The notes: a model not told the origin generated them from the letters alone. Positions 22,326 through 33,415 are shown, numbered from the whole stretch's first letter. The stretch: 49,069 nt of DNA, filler included, from Catajapyx aquilonaris (GCA_000934665.2; 3 parts of 3 records of this genome joined end to end with filler, not necessarily neighbours in it); one strand, 5' to 3'. Made by a program: numbers and translations.

Positions 22326-23806
22326 ATGTGGTCTCCTTCGCTTCTTCTTGTGGTGCTTTCCCAGGCCTTTCTGGTCGCGGTGCCTCCTACAAGCGACAGC
22401 ATCAACGCTTCAGACGCTGACAAGGTTGGTTTACCCCGGCATTTACCTTGCTCTGTGTGTTCATCGAATTGCAGCCCATAATGTCCCGGTTTTAGAAAAC
22501 TGGACCAGTGTACATCACTCTTGACCAAATGAAAGCGACCATATCGGAGGTGCTAGAAGAAAAGATGGAAAACATCACCAGGAATTTTGAAAAGCAAAGG
22601 GAATTACTTGTGAAAGCGGTATAAGATATATTTAAAAATGCAGATTTCGACGTCATTTTTATTTACGCTTATTTTATTTAGCTGGAAGAAAGCCCTACGA
22701 ATTGTGCTGCAGCTTTGAACGAAACATTGATCAGATTCATCCAGGGAATGGGTGAGAACAAAATGTGCTTTTGGATAAGTTGGCAATAAAAATTACGCGA
22801 TGTATTTTGCAGAGTCTAATTTGCATGGATTGCGCTTGACGGAAGTAAGCAATCTGAAAGCGAAGGAGAGCTCAGAGAGGACAAGGTCATCAGTTACGAC
22901 CAATGCTAAGTATACACAGATATTGTACTTACACTTTTTTATTTATTATTGAACGGCAGTGTCGATGTGGACGTGGTGAACAGCGAGTCCATACTATTAG
23001 AAATCCAAGAAAATGTGCACAAGCTGGATAAAAGGTTGGCCACCCTGGAAGAGGTAAAGGTCACGGTCACACCTCACATATCACGAACCATTATTAATTA
23101 GGCGAATTTTTGCAGGAAATTAAAAACACAACCGATAAATCCGATTTTACAATATCAGGTAATTTGTAAAATAGCACTTTATTATACCCGTTGTGTCTCG
23201 ATGCATTTTCTCGTGTAAAAGGTCATGGAGTGATGTCACCTGTCACGGCCAATGCGAGCGCAGGTCAAGCCCGAATAAATCCTCGAGAAGACTTTATAGT
23301 GACGTGTGATGTCGAAGGATATCCAGCCCCGAAAGTGCTTTGGCTCAAAGACGGACAGGTCATGGCCCCTGACAAACGAATACAGTTCACAGGTCAGTAG
23401 CGACTATTTACTTTTTTTTGCATCATCAAAATTGTAAAATATATTCCCGGTATTCTGCTAAAAGGCAAGCACGTGCTTCGAATTTCGGAGAGCACCGTGG
23501 CCGACACTGGCAAATACACCTGCCAGGCCAGCAACCAGCTGGACACTGTCGGAAGTGCAGTGGACATAACCGTCCCAGGTTTGGCAAAAAGATGGAAAAC
23601 AATATATTTGGACACCACCATAATGTTATTATGTCTTGCTTTTTTTGCTTCCAGACACGCCTCCAGATCCAGAGTGCGTGGATTCGCCAAACTTCGACAA
23701 TTGCGCTCTGATCGTACGGGCCAGGTATTGCTCCAACAAGTTTTACCTCAAGTACTGCTGCAAGAGCTGCTATCTGGACGGACAGATTTCCTCCCAAGAA
23801 GAATGA
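22326..23806 (+). CDS. Secreted ~320-aa protein: signal peptide, coiled-coil N-region, I-set Ig domain, PLAC domain (papilin C-terminus-like)
   Basis: Nine exons splice in frame with GT-AG: 22326-22424, 22496-22618, 22682-22751, 22813-22909, 22960-23053, 23116-23158, 23222-23392, 23465-23578, 23655-23806 (963 nt). Ig motifs: VTCDVEGYPAPKVLWLKDG..LRI..DTGKYTCQASN. PLAC: CVDSPNFDNCALIVRARYCSNKFYLKYCCKSC. Confidence 0.9.
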
Positions 23807-24090
23807 GTCCATCATACACGTCGGTTGAAATATTTGAATACTGTAGTTGCATCTACTGGAGATTATCTGCTTCATACATTACAATATTGTAAATGATTTT
23901 TACACGCGCTCTGTGATGTACTGCTAGCATAAATCACATTCGCACATATTCTTAATGCGGAGTATTTATTACTTTCACTATTCATATTAATTATATGTAT
24001 AGGTTATTGTATAAGCTTATAGGCGTGTGGGCTAAATGCGAAAGTTTTCTGCAATGTATCGAACACTGCTTGTGGCTCAAATGCACAGCA

Positions 24091-24679
24091 TTAATCGTTA
24101 TTATCACAGTCACAGTCTCCACAATCGCAATCTCCACAGTCACAATCTCCGCAGTCGCAGTCCCCGCAATCACAATCGCATCCGTCACATCCGTCGCACT
24201 CGAAACACTCGCAGTCGTAGCCGTCGCAAGTGAGCAAATCCACGATGAAACCGCAACATCCACTCCAGAAACTGTGACAACAATCCTTCTTCTCTTCTGA
24301 AATGTCACGAGAGGCGACAGCAATCAGCACTCAGACACTCAGTAGCTGTCTGTTAAAATATGAGCTTCTATTCAAACATATATACCTGATGGTTGGGTGG
24401 GAGTTTCCAGTTCCATCCCTTCCACAGCAGTGTTGGGAATTGTTGGAAATGGCGCACTTGTTGGCTGCATTGTTACTGGCTGCGTGCTTTTACAACCAAG
24501 AAAATTGAGGGAATAATATAATGTGTTTAAATATAGGTTTAACACTGTGCCGGAAACACAGGTTGGCATCTTTAAACTGGGGGTAAGCTATTCTTTTTAC
24601 ATATAAATATGCTCCCAGCGTTTGAACAACTGCCTTCTAAAACACTAAACTTTACTTGAGAGATAACACGTTACCTCAT
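24091..24679 (-). CDS. Cys/Asp-rich microprotein 1, ~103 aa, with a (CGDCD)n tail (exons 24679-24675, 24486-24386, 24296-24091)
   Basis: Canonical splice sites in phases 2 and 1 give MSTQPVTMQPTSAPFPTIPNTAVEGMELETPTQPSEEKKDCCHSFWSGCCGFIVDLLTCDGYDCECFECDGCDGCDCDCGDCDCGDCDCGDCDCGDCDCDNND (20 Cys). The start codon choice is inferred. Confidence 0.75.
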
Positions 24680-25735
24680 TGTGTTGTGCAGGCTTCCTGA
24701 GGGAGACGTCTCTACTCTTCTGACACAACGAGGGGTTTTATAAAAAATGCGGACGTCTTATCTGCTGATTCCATACACAAAGTAATCGCTTCGGTACATT
24801 TACACTCGACAAAGAGCTTGTCACCAACTTGAATTATTTTTAGCATGATAAGGTGTACAGTGAAAAAGTAGATAGTCCATCTGATGCAGAAAGAGGCGAT
24901 TATGCTGGTAACATCTGCGTATGTGCGCATGCGAATGGATAGGCACATATAGAATTACGATCGCTGAAGATTTATCTATCCAGGAATATCTGTGGAAAGT
25001 ATCATGTAAGAATAATACTCGCACTGTGGACATACCAGAAGTGAAGTTACCGTCCAGCAGCAGGTACATTCTACACTGTGAGGAGTTTTCCTGACTTCCG
25101 CTCTCGTGATAGCTCAGCACAACGGGATGGTGAAAGTGTGCACGTTAATGTCTCAAGGCTGTGCCCTTGTGACGTCATCCGAATCATTTATTCGCATTCA
25201 CGGCTGCTTTTTAAATCATTTAAATGTAGGCCAGTGGGATGATTTGTCGCAAATGCGCGCATAATTCAATTGAAAACACAGTGACAAATATGAAATATTG
25301 CTCATTTATTTTTCATGATGTAAGAGTGTAAAACAATGATCTTCCTATATATAAGAGTGTCCAAACAATGTGAGAGTTATATCCAATGAGCTGGCCGAAC
25401 GGCTGCATTTATTACGATACGACAGGCAACAGAGATTAGAAATATTCTATACCCTGATGTGCCAAAACTAATAGAGTGCAAGCAATCATGGACACTATCA
25501 ATGACAACCTTATCAAGTTTTAGCGAGTCCATTCATCATATGCTTATCAGTAATTAGCCTAACTCAGTAACGCATTTTCGTGGGTGTTGTAAAAAAAATA
25601 TGAGCAGGGTGAGAAAAAACGAAGGTCTCGAAATTAGGAATATCTTGGCCATGGCCCGTGGATTATTCTTCATATTGTCCACGGCGTAATTTAGGGTATG
25701 CAAGCCCTATATGAAAAGTGACTGGTGATTGGTGA

Positions 25736-26511
25736 TTACTCCCCTCCCCCCTCCCCACCCCCGTCGTCATCTTCTCCAAAATCGCTGTCCTTTCCTGCAC
25801 TGCCCCCTCCCTCGGACCCACCCCTCCCTGTGCAGCACTGGTAGCACTTGGACACACCCGCCGTACAGCTGGACACCATGTCAGTCAGGCACTTCCACAA
25901 GCAGTTTGACTCCTCTGAAATAAGGAAGAGTCACTGAGTCACTCGGGGAAGAATCACCAAGCTGTATATACACAGCAACATTGCGATGTGTATATGTACT
26001 ATACGCACCTGTTTGTTTCGGGTCATGTTGCAAGTCCATGATCGTGAAGTTTCTGTCGTTGTAGGTTGGCTCAGTTGTTACCGGTGCACTGATAAAGAGT
26101 AATTATAACCGATTACAACACAATCACGATTATTATGATGAAGCTAAATACTTGGTGTGCCATAATGACTTTCTATGGCGAGTTACTGGGCATCGCAGAA
26201 TCACTTTGTAGGGATCCCATTTGGTCGATGATATGGGCTTGGTGTAAAATATTCTGGGATTACATTTAAAGCTCATTAGGGGTAACAGGCAGTCCCGAAT
26301 GAAATGGAAGTATTGCTCAGACAAAAAGCAACTTAATTATGCCCATGTAATTAAATGATAAATACCTCGGCAACCAAGCTAAGGAGACTAAAATAATGAC
26401 GCCTTTACATTAAAATAATTCTCTCGTGTTCAGCAACTCACCATGATTGTATAGTATATATTGTTGAAAGTCATCACGAAACAACAATGTCGGATTTCAA
26501 GCTTACCCCAT
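25736..26511 (-). CDS. Cys-rich microprotein 2, ~87 aa, paralog of microprotein 1 (exons 26511-26507, 26088-26009, 25914-25736)
   Basis: Same exon phases (2, 1). MGAPVTTEPTYNDRNFTIMDLQHDPKQTEESNCLWKCLTDMVSSCTAGVSKCYQCCTGRGGSEGGGSAGKDSDFGEDDDGGGEGGGE. Confidence 0.7.
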
Positions 26512-27308
26512 TCTTCCGGCCAGTTGGTCGCTCCACCAGTTGATTAAGGCAGATGACGCTTTTTAAGTGTCATAAATGTAACTTGCAATGTCAATTGTTA
26601 AAATATTTTCACCTCGCTTCTCTCTTACGACTCTTAGGAACTGACACTTCTGAAGCTGCTTGTGGCTTACTGTTGCTATATACTCATGCTGCGCAAAAAG
26701 TATGTTTATTTCCGGAGCGTATTTATTGTAATCGTGGGAAATTGAATAAGGTCGAGAAGACACTTTGCATAAACGGGAGGGCTCGGTGCTATACTCAGAT
26801 TCTCATATACACTCACGCAAATCTAGCTGAAAGTCTGCAAATCCTCATATATTTTTTTCCTCGTATGCAGATATGGAATAATTATTCCCTTCGCTCCCTT
26901 TCCTTCTTCCACAAGTCTAGGAATAACATTTTTAAGAGGTAGATGCCAACGTGCTCATATCAGGTGGTATGTTACGTACATGTCAAATGGGCAATGAATG
27001 TATGATCCAATGTGGCAAGTGATACTGGGGCACAGGGAATCAAACAAAATATTATAGTGAGTGCACTGAGCAAGTCGGAGGTGTGTTTTCCGGGGCTTCC
27101 TGAAAATAGGATTATTGTGGCATCGAAGTGCAAGCATATTCCTGCTGGTTATTACACCACCTCCGCACCATAAAGTGTATGTAGACCAGAGTAATATTTT
27201 AAGCTTTAAGGTATATTAAGCATTAGAATAGTACTGATGTGTCAAAATGGGCAACAATGTGATGGAGGCGACAGAGGTGCCGCATATTCATTCGCACAAT
27301 GAAAATAA

Positions 27309-27673
27309 TTATTGTAGTGTCGATGGTGACGATGCAATAACCATGCACTGCGTACAGCCGTTGCAGCATGTGAGGCAGCAGTAGCTAAAAGCTAAGCACT
27401 ATTGTGGGAATCGAGCCCAACCCTTTTCCTCCGTTTGATTCTTATCTGCCGATGTGATGGTGCCTGAAATAAAAGGCAAATGAAGAAATCTGGATCATTA
27501 TTGTGCGCGCGAAATGTTTTTGATTTAACCTGTAATTATGCATAGCAGATCATTTGATGCACAGTTTATTACATCTTGAATATGAGCATGCTGTAATTAA
27601 ATAACTTACGAATGTATGGCTTGTTTTGTGCTTCAAAGCCGGAGGGTTGATTAGTGGCCTGAGAGGCGTTCAT
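27309..27673 (-). pseudogene. Cys-rich microprotein 3, with an in-frame TAG at 27401-27399 (exons 27677-27610, 27463-27309)
   Basis: Strong acceptor and GTAAGT donor, same phases. MNASQATNQPSGFEAQNKPYIRTITSADKNQTEEKGWARFPQ*CLAFSYCCLTCCNGCTQCMVIASSPSTLQ. Confidence 0.55.
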
Positions 27674-29246
27674 TGCACTGGAAAATATACAAAAAATAGA
27701 GCGGTGTGAAGGGCTGCAGCGACAAATTTGCAAGCTAATAATTATTACCTCTTCACTTTTCTTTTCACTTTCTTTTTCGCTACAACTTTTTACGTCGTTA
27801 ATCGTGTGAGCACTGGCAAGAGCAGGAAATAATGCTGAAACAAACGCACGATGATTAGCCCAGGCCCAAGCAGGGTGAATCAGGCCTCCAGCTCCATCTC
27901 TGAACATAATTTTGCCCTTTTGCTTGCGAGGCATGGGAATGCGAATCCAATAAATTGGCCTCGAATGCCACTTACATTACATCTGTTTAACAATGCACAA
28001 AAACATAATGCGGCGTATTCTTCTCTCACGTCAAATTGACTCTGTACATTCGCAATTAACCTGTAGGGCCACAGTCTAAACAGAAAAGCTGGTGGTCTGC
28101 GCCAAGTAATATATTACGCACAGTACATGCTGTAAAATCAGTACACATATTATAATAAGCACATGTATATATACGCGTGTAATAGCAGCAGTGCTATTAT
28201 ATACCTGTGTAGAGGCCTACCTGCTTCTGTTTGCTGAATAAAGGCTTGCTGCACTGGGATAATAAAATGCTGGTTGAGCGATATATTATATATAGTGATG
28301 ATGGGTTCACTCAAATGACACGGGGATAACGATTACAACCGAAGGTGCAAGCAAATGCTCGGGAACTTATCGAATTCCGATTGCGATGGGGAATGCTCTG
28401 TTTGCTGTCCAAACTTTGTTGTGCAACAGCCAACAGGCGAGGAGGATTACAACAATCGTAACACATAGTTTCATTGCATATTCTGCTCGTTTACATATAG
28501 TTTCATTATTTGGGCTGAAAACCCTTCGCTTCCCTTCCTTCATTTTTTATTTCTAATTTTCTTCCTTGTAGAAGCACTGCTAATGATGTGCTCTTGTATA
28601 CTGTATCTGCCAGTATGACATGTATGGGGGAAATAATATTGTGATATGCACGGAATCCAATTTCACGACTAGCGTGCAATAGTAATTATGTAATTTAATG
28701 GGGGTAATTTTTAATTTTATTGTATCCTACGAGTGCTGCTGCAGCAGGTAGCAAAGCATATAGGGATGATTCGCCCAATGTCATTTTCTAAATGGAACGA
28801 CCCACTCGTGCGTGGGAGAACTGAATATTTGACCAGATAACTATAATTCACGAAATTACTCGCGAGACCATTCTTAATTTTTTTAAATTTTACGTAGCTA
28901 TAAAAGACACCATTGTAAACCCCATAATCATTATGAAGCATGGGTCTAATATTATTATACCCGTATAGCAATGATAAAAATTAAATGGACTTTTTACCAG
29001 GGATGGAAAAAGAACCGCTTCTATGATACCGATCCGGACCCGGTACAAGAAGCGCTTCCAGTATTTCTCGGTACCCTTGTCATCCGGTAACCGGTAGCTC
29101 TTTGCGAACATGGGAGCGGTTGTAGAAGCGGAAGCGGAAGCCTTTTTTGAAGATGCTACCGGTTCTTCGGAAGCGCTTCTCGTGTCTTAACCGGTTCCTC
29201 GTTCTTTTTCGCCCAAGGGGGATATTCACTGCGACACTGCCTGTAA

Positions 29247-29362
29247 GGGGTCGTCCATATACCACGTGACCGTTTTGGGGGGGAGGGGGGGGGGTCTGCT
29301 GATATACCACGGTTGGTNCAAAAAGTGCCCGAAATTCGGTCACGTGGTTTATGGACGACCCC
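29247..29362. mobile_element. PIF/Harbinger-like mini-MITE
   Basis: GGGGTCGTCCATATACCACGTGACCG ... CGGTCACGTGGTTTATGGACGACCCC, preceded by TAA. An uninterrupted copy of the target sequence lies at 29422-29515. Confidence 0.75.
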
Positions 29363-29600
29363 TGGAGCACAAACAGTCAAATGGGCAAATTGTCAAATGG
29401 TGACATATGTTGGTCAAACTGGCCGGTTCCTCGTTCTCTTTCGCCCAAGGGGGGTATTCACTGCGACACTGCCTGTAAAAGTGTACACTGGAGCACAAAC
29501 AGTCAAATGAGCAAATGGGTGTTTACAATTTGCGTCATTTGAATAAATGTTATTACTTCGTAAACTGTTTCCAACAGCAGATGTGTTATTTATGATAATA

Positions 29601-29986
29601 CAGGGTGGACCAACTTCAAGTGTCGTTTTATAACGGCTATTAATAGAAGCGCTATACGATTGACGCAGCAGCGACGTGTAAAATGGCACACTTCGGCGCC
29701 ATCGAAAATATTAGCTGCCAATAGCAGCACACATGTAATGAACCCTGTGCAACCACATGCGGCACCAATTCCAATCCGGCAGTCCTTAAAGAAGGCCGCT
29801 CAGGTCATCTCAGGTCATGTGTGCAGGTCAACCCAGCAGCAGGGTTGATTACACGTGAGCTGCTATTGGCAGCTAATATTTTCGATGGCGCCGAAGTGGG
29901 ACATTTTACACGTCGCTGCTACGTCATAGCAAAATCACTGCTATTAATCGCCGTTATAAAACGACACTTGAAGTTGGTCCACCCTG
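29601..29986. mobile_element. Tc1/mariner-type MITE with ~140-bp TIRs
   Basis: TA|CAGGGTGGACCAACTTCAAGTGTCGTTTTATAACGGC ... GCCGTTATAAAACGACACTTGAAGTTGGTCCACCCTG|TA. Confidence 0.9.
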
Positions 29987-30095
29987 TATAATAACCCCCC
30001 ACCCGGGATGGAAAAATAACCGCTTCCTTTCCCATCAGAACCGCTTCTTAAGCTTCCGCTACCGACAACCGCTTCGCAAATGTGGAAGCGCTTAA

Positions 30096-30564
30096 AGGGA
30101 CACGCTCCACACAAAATACAAGTTGTGTTCTAAAAATCGGGCAAAAAATCCTGATTCCGAGGGTATAAGCAGTTTTTCTTAGAGACGAACGGTAAGGCCA
30201 GTGTGAAAGCTGGAAGTGTGTCGTTCGAAAACCGCGCGCGGAGCAGGTGGCGCAGGTGGCGACGCCGCCAGAGTGGAACCGGGCGGAACTAGATGCGGAG
30301 CTCAACAAACAACTGCCGCGCCAGGCGAGCACGGGAGGCGAGCATGGCCTGGCGCGGCAGTTGTTGAGCACCGCCACTACTTCTCCGGTTTGCTGCGAGA
30401 TGGTGTTGTATCGCCCTTCTTAGCAGACGACGCCAGACGACGTGTGTAGATATATGATTTTCCGTGTTACCGTTGGGCGTAGAAAAAAAACGATTGCACA
30501 TTCGGAATCAGGATTTTTTGCCCGATTTTTGGGGGCCAACTTGTATTTTGAGTGGAGTGTCCCT
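30096..30564. mobile_element. Kolobok-type MITE
   Basis: TTAA|AGGGACACGCTCCACACAAAATACAAGTTG ... CAACTTGTATTTTGAGTGGAGTGTCCCT|TTAA: TTAA TSD with AG..CT termini. Confidence 0.8.
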
Positions 30565-30634
30565 TTAAATACCACTACCGCTTTCAGAACCTATTGGACA
30601 ATATTCTGTTGCAACCGCTTCTCACTCAGATGGA

Positions 30635-31143
30635 AATAAAAATAAATAAAAAACCTTTTTAAGAACGCGCTTTATATTTCCAAGTGCACTAAAAAGTAGA
30701 AAATAATTTTTCTTCCTCAATCATCAGCTTTCTCTTTTACCTTGAACTGAACAGAAGATTCATGACTTTCTTTCCATGGAATTCAGCTGCTGCAGTATTG
30801 TCTTGCTTTACTTATATTCTTATACGGCCTACATGACGAAAAATAAAGCGTGGGCACTAAAATTTTAATACTGTACATGGTTATATTTCCTGCCATGGAA
30901 GTAGATAATGTGTCATTGAGTGCCCACGCTTTATTTTTCGTCACGTAGTCCGTATAAGAATATAAGTAAAGCAAGACAATACTGCAGTAGCTGAATTCCA
31001 TGGAAAGAAAGTCATGAATCTTCTGTTCAGTTCAAGGTAAAAGAGAAAGCTGAAGATTGAGGAAGAAAAATTATTTTCTACTTTTTAGTGCACTTGGAAA
31101 TATAAAGCGTGTTCTTAAAAAGGTTTTTTATTTATTTTTATTT
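30635..31143. repeat. Long near-perfect inverted repeat (~220-bp arms, ~60-bp loop)
   Basis: 30635-30858 is the reverse complement of 30919-31143 with only a handful of mismatches. Confidence 0.95.
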
Positions 31144-31364
31144 TAACTGGTTTTTAGTGATAAAGCGGAAGGAATGACAGATGTATAGTACATGGGGAGT
31201 TAGTTGAATGGTGCCAGGCTGTCATTATTTTTTAATATTTTCACTTTGTCACTAAAAAACAGTCTGGAGTATTTACTCCCGCCCTGTAGTTTGGAGGAAG
31301 CGAACTGGATACTGAGAGCCAGTAACTCCGGTGACTGGCGTGGAGATTGCTAACAGACCGACTC

Positions 31365-31979
31365 ACGTGACTACTACCGCTAGTAGGTTTGGAAGTTGCT
31401 AATTCACCCATCATGTGAGTAGGGAGGTAGGGAACACAGCAAATCACGTGACTACTACCGCTAGTAGGTATGGAAATTGCAAATTCACCCATCATGTGAC
31501 TACTACCGCCAGACGGTAGGGAGGTAGCGAACACAGGCAATCACGTGACTACTACCGCTAGTAGGTATGGAAGTTGCAAATTCACCCATCATGTGACTAC
31601 TACCGCCAGACGGTAGGGAGGTAGCGAACACAGGCAATCACGTGACTACTACCGCTAGTAGGTATGGAAGTTGCAAATTCACCCAGCATGTGACTACTAC
31701 CGCCAGACGGTAGGGAGGTAGCGAACACAGGCATTCACGTGACTACTACCGCCAGACGGAAGGGAGGTAGCGAACACAGCCAATCACGTGACTACCTAAT
31801 GTGAATACGAACCGCTAGATGGTGTAGGAAGGCGCGAAATCACCCCTAACGTTAATCCCTACCGATAGATGGCGGGGCAATGGCGAAGAGAGGGGTGGAC
31901 ACACGGACACACAAACATCCGCTCACAGACAAGAAAGTGAAGCTAATATAAAGCGTGTAATAAAGCGTGTAATAAAAAG
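31365..31979 (-). mobile_element. HINE/DINE-1-like Helentron derivative with a central ~97-bp tandem repeat (~4.5 copies, 31365-31800)
   Basis: Minus strand begins TTTTTATTACACGCTTTATTACACGCTTTATATTAGCTTCAC, then a GTCC/GTGT microsatellite, then tandem repeats of two ~48-bp subunits sharing GTGACTACTACCGC. Confidence 0.6.
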
Positions 31980-32700
31980 AAGCGCTTCCTGAGAAGCTCT
32001 TCTGTGTAGGGATGGAAAAATAACCGCTTCCTTCGAAGGAAGCGGTTATTTTTCCATCCCTGCTTTTTACTCTAGATTTTCCAACTTTAAAAAACATGTA
32101 GCTGCATAATCTGGATAATCTTTAATAAGTAGTGTTTCAGTAAAAGGCATCTAATTATTGTTGATTAAACTTACTCAAAACATACATTCCACCGCTTATT
32201 GTGCTGGTGTTATCTGTGAGGCGTTGGAGTGACCGCACCAGTACTGTCCGTTTTGTGGTCCCGCCAGGCACGGTCCGTCGCCTGGGCGTGATATTTTTAT
32301 TTTTTGCGGAGCGATAGCCGGGCTAGGCGCTTATTGTGGGTTTCTGTATCCGCAACATTTACTGTCCGTCTTGTGGCGCCGAAGGCCAACGAACGTTATT
32401 GTGGCTTTGCCACACTCACATCACGCAACACCCACATCTACGCCGCCACAATGCGGACAGTAATGCTAGAACACACAACCCCCAAATTACGTTTAAAATA
32501 ATTACCATGCAGATGCCATCACGCAGCAATGGGAGTGATTTCAACAAAGGTACACTTCTTCATTATTTTTCATTTATTCATTGTTAATTATATTACTAGA
32601 CAAAACCAGCTGCCTGCCTCTCAAGAACCTCATGATGACAGTGTCTATTTAGTTGAGGGCACGGGCGTAGGTATAGATTTTCAATGGGGGGGGGGGGGGG

Positions 32701-32800
32701 NNNNNNNNNNNNNNNNNNNNNNNNNNNNNNNNNNNNNNNNNNNNTTAATTAATTAANNNNNNNNNNNNNNNNNNNNNNNNNNNNNNNNNNNNNNNNNNNN
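32701..32800. other. Assembly gap with TTAATTAATTAA spacer
   Basis: N run with spacer. Confidence 0.98.
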
Positions 32801-33415
32801 TTCCGGAATCATTCCTTATGGTCCTAGGAAGCACCATGCCAAGTGGCACACTTTCATCATCAAATGCCAGGTTTTTCCAGCTACCGCTTCCACTACTCGG
32901 GACTGCACTATTTGTGCTGGTGGCCATTGTTGAAGTGGTGTTGTACATTTGCAATGCTTTTCTTTTTTTCTTAGTGTGCTGGTAAGTCAAGTCATGCCAA
33001 TTCCACCTCCACATAATTTTTGACTATTGTATTGGCTAGTGTCATATTGGTCAAAATAATGGTCTGTGCATAGGACTTTATTATGGTTTTTTAAATCATG
33101 ATTTCACGGGGCAAGATTGCCCATCGGGTTAAATAAATCCACCAGCTGTGCACCTGTTGCTCTCAACTGGGTTGTGTGATCCAGGTGCAGCAGAGTGAAG
33201 CTGAACCGGATTTCGTGTTGAGGAGGATGGAGGCTGATGTGGTGGTTGGTTCTGTAGAATGGGCTGAGGTTTGATGTGCTTTTGTTGTTGATTGCATGGC
33301 CCAGTGTAAGCATGAGATGTGTATTATTGTTTCGAGTAGTAGTGCATCACCCCCTTCCCCCTTCTTTCCTGACCTACTCCCCCATCCAACCCATCCCCAT
33401 CACCCCGATGCACAG

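Larger units (their letters stand above)
28998..32062. mobile_element. 3065-bp non-autonomous hAT-type element with nested insertions
   Basis: TIRs CAGGGATGGAAAAA(G/-T)AACCGCTTC and GAAGCGGTTATTTTTCCATCCCTG. Exact 8-bp TSD CTTTTTAC (28990-28997 and 32063-32070). Many subterminal GAAGCG/CGCTTC motifs. Confidence 0.9.

Noticed and set aside
23995..24300. Plus-strand Thr/Val/Ile-rich 101-aa ORF
   Set aside because: It is the antisense of the (CGDCD)n exon; splice signals and paralogy support the minus strand.
28320..28468. Plus-strand Cys-containing frame (DCDGECSVCCPNFVVQQPT)
   Set aside because: Opposite strand and different motif order from the microprotein family, with no convincing splice sites.
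31365..31800. Repeat-spacer pattern (GTGACTACTACCGC every ~48 bp)
   Set aside because: The apparent spacers are just two alternating sequences, so this is a dimeric tandem repeat.
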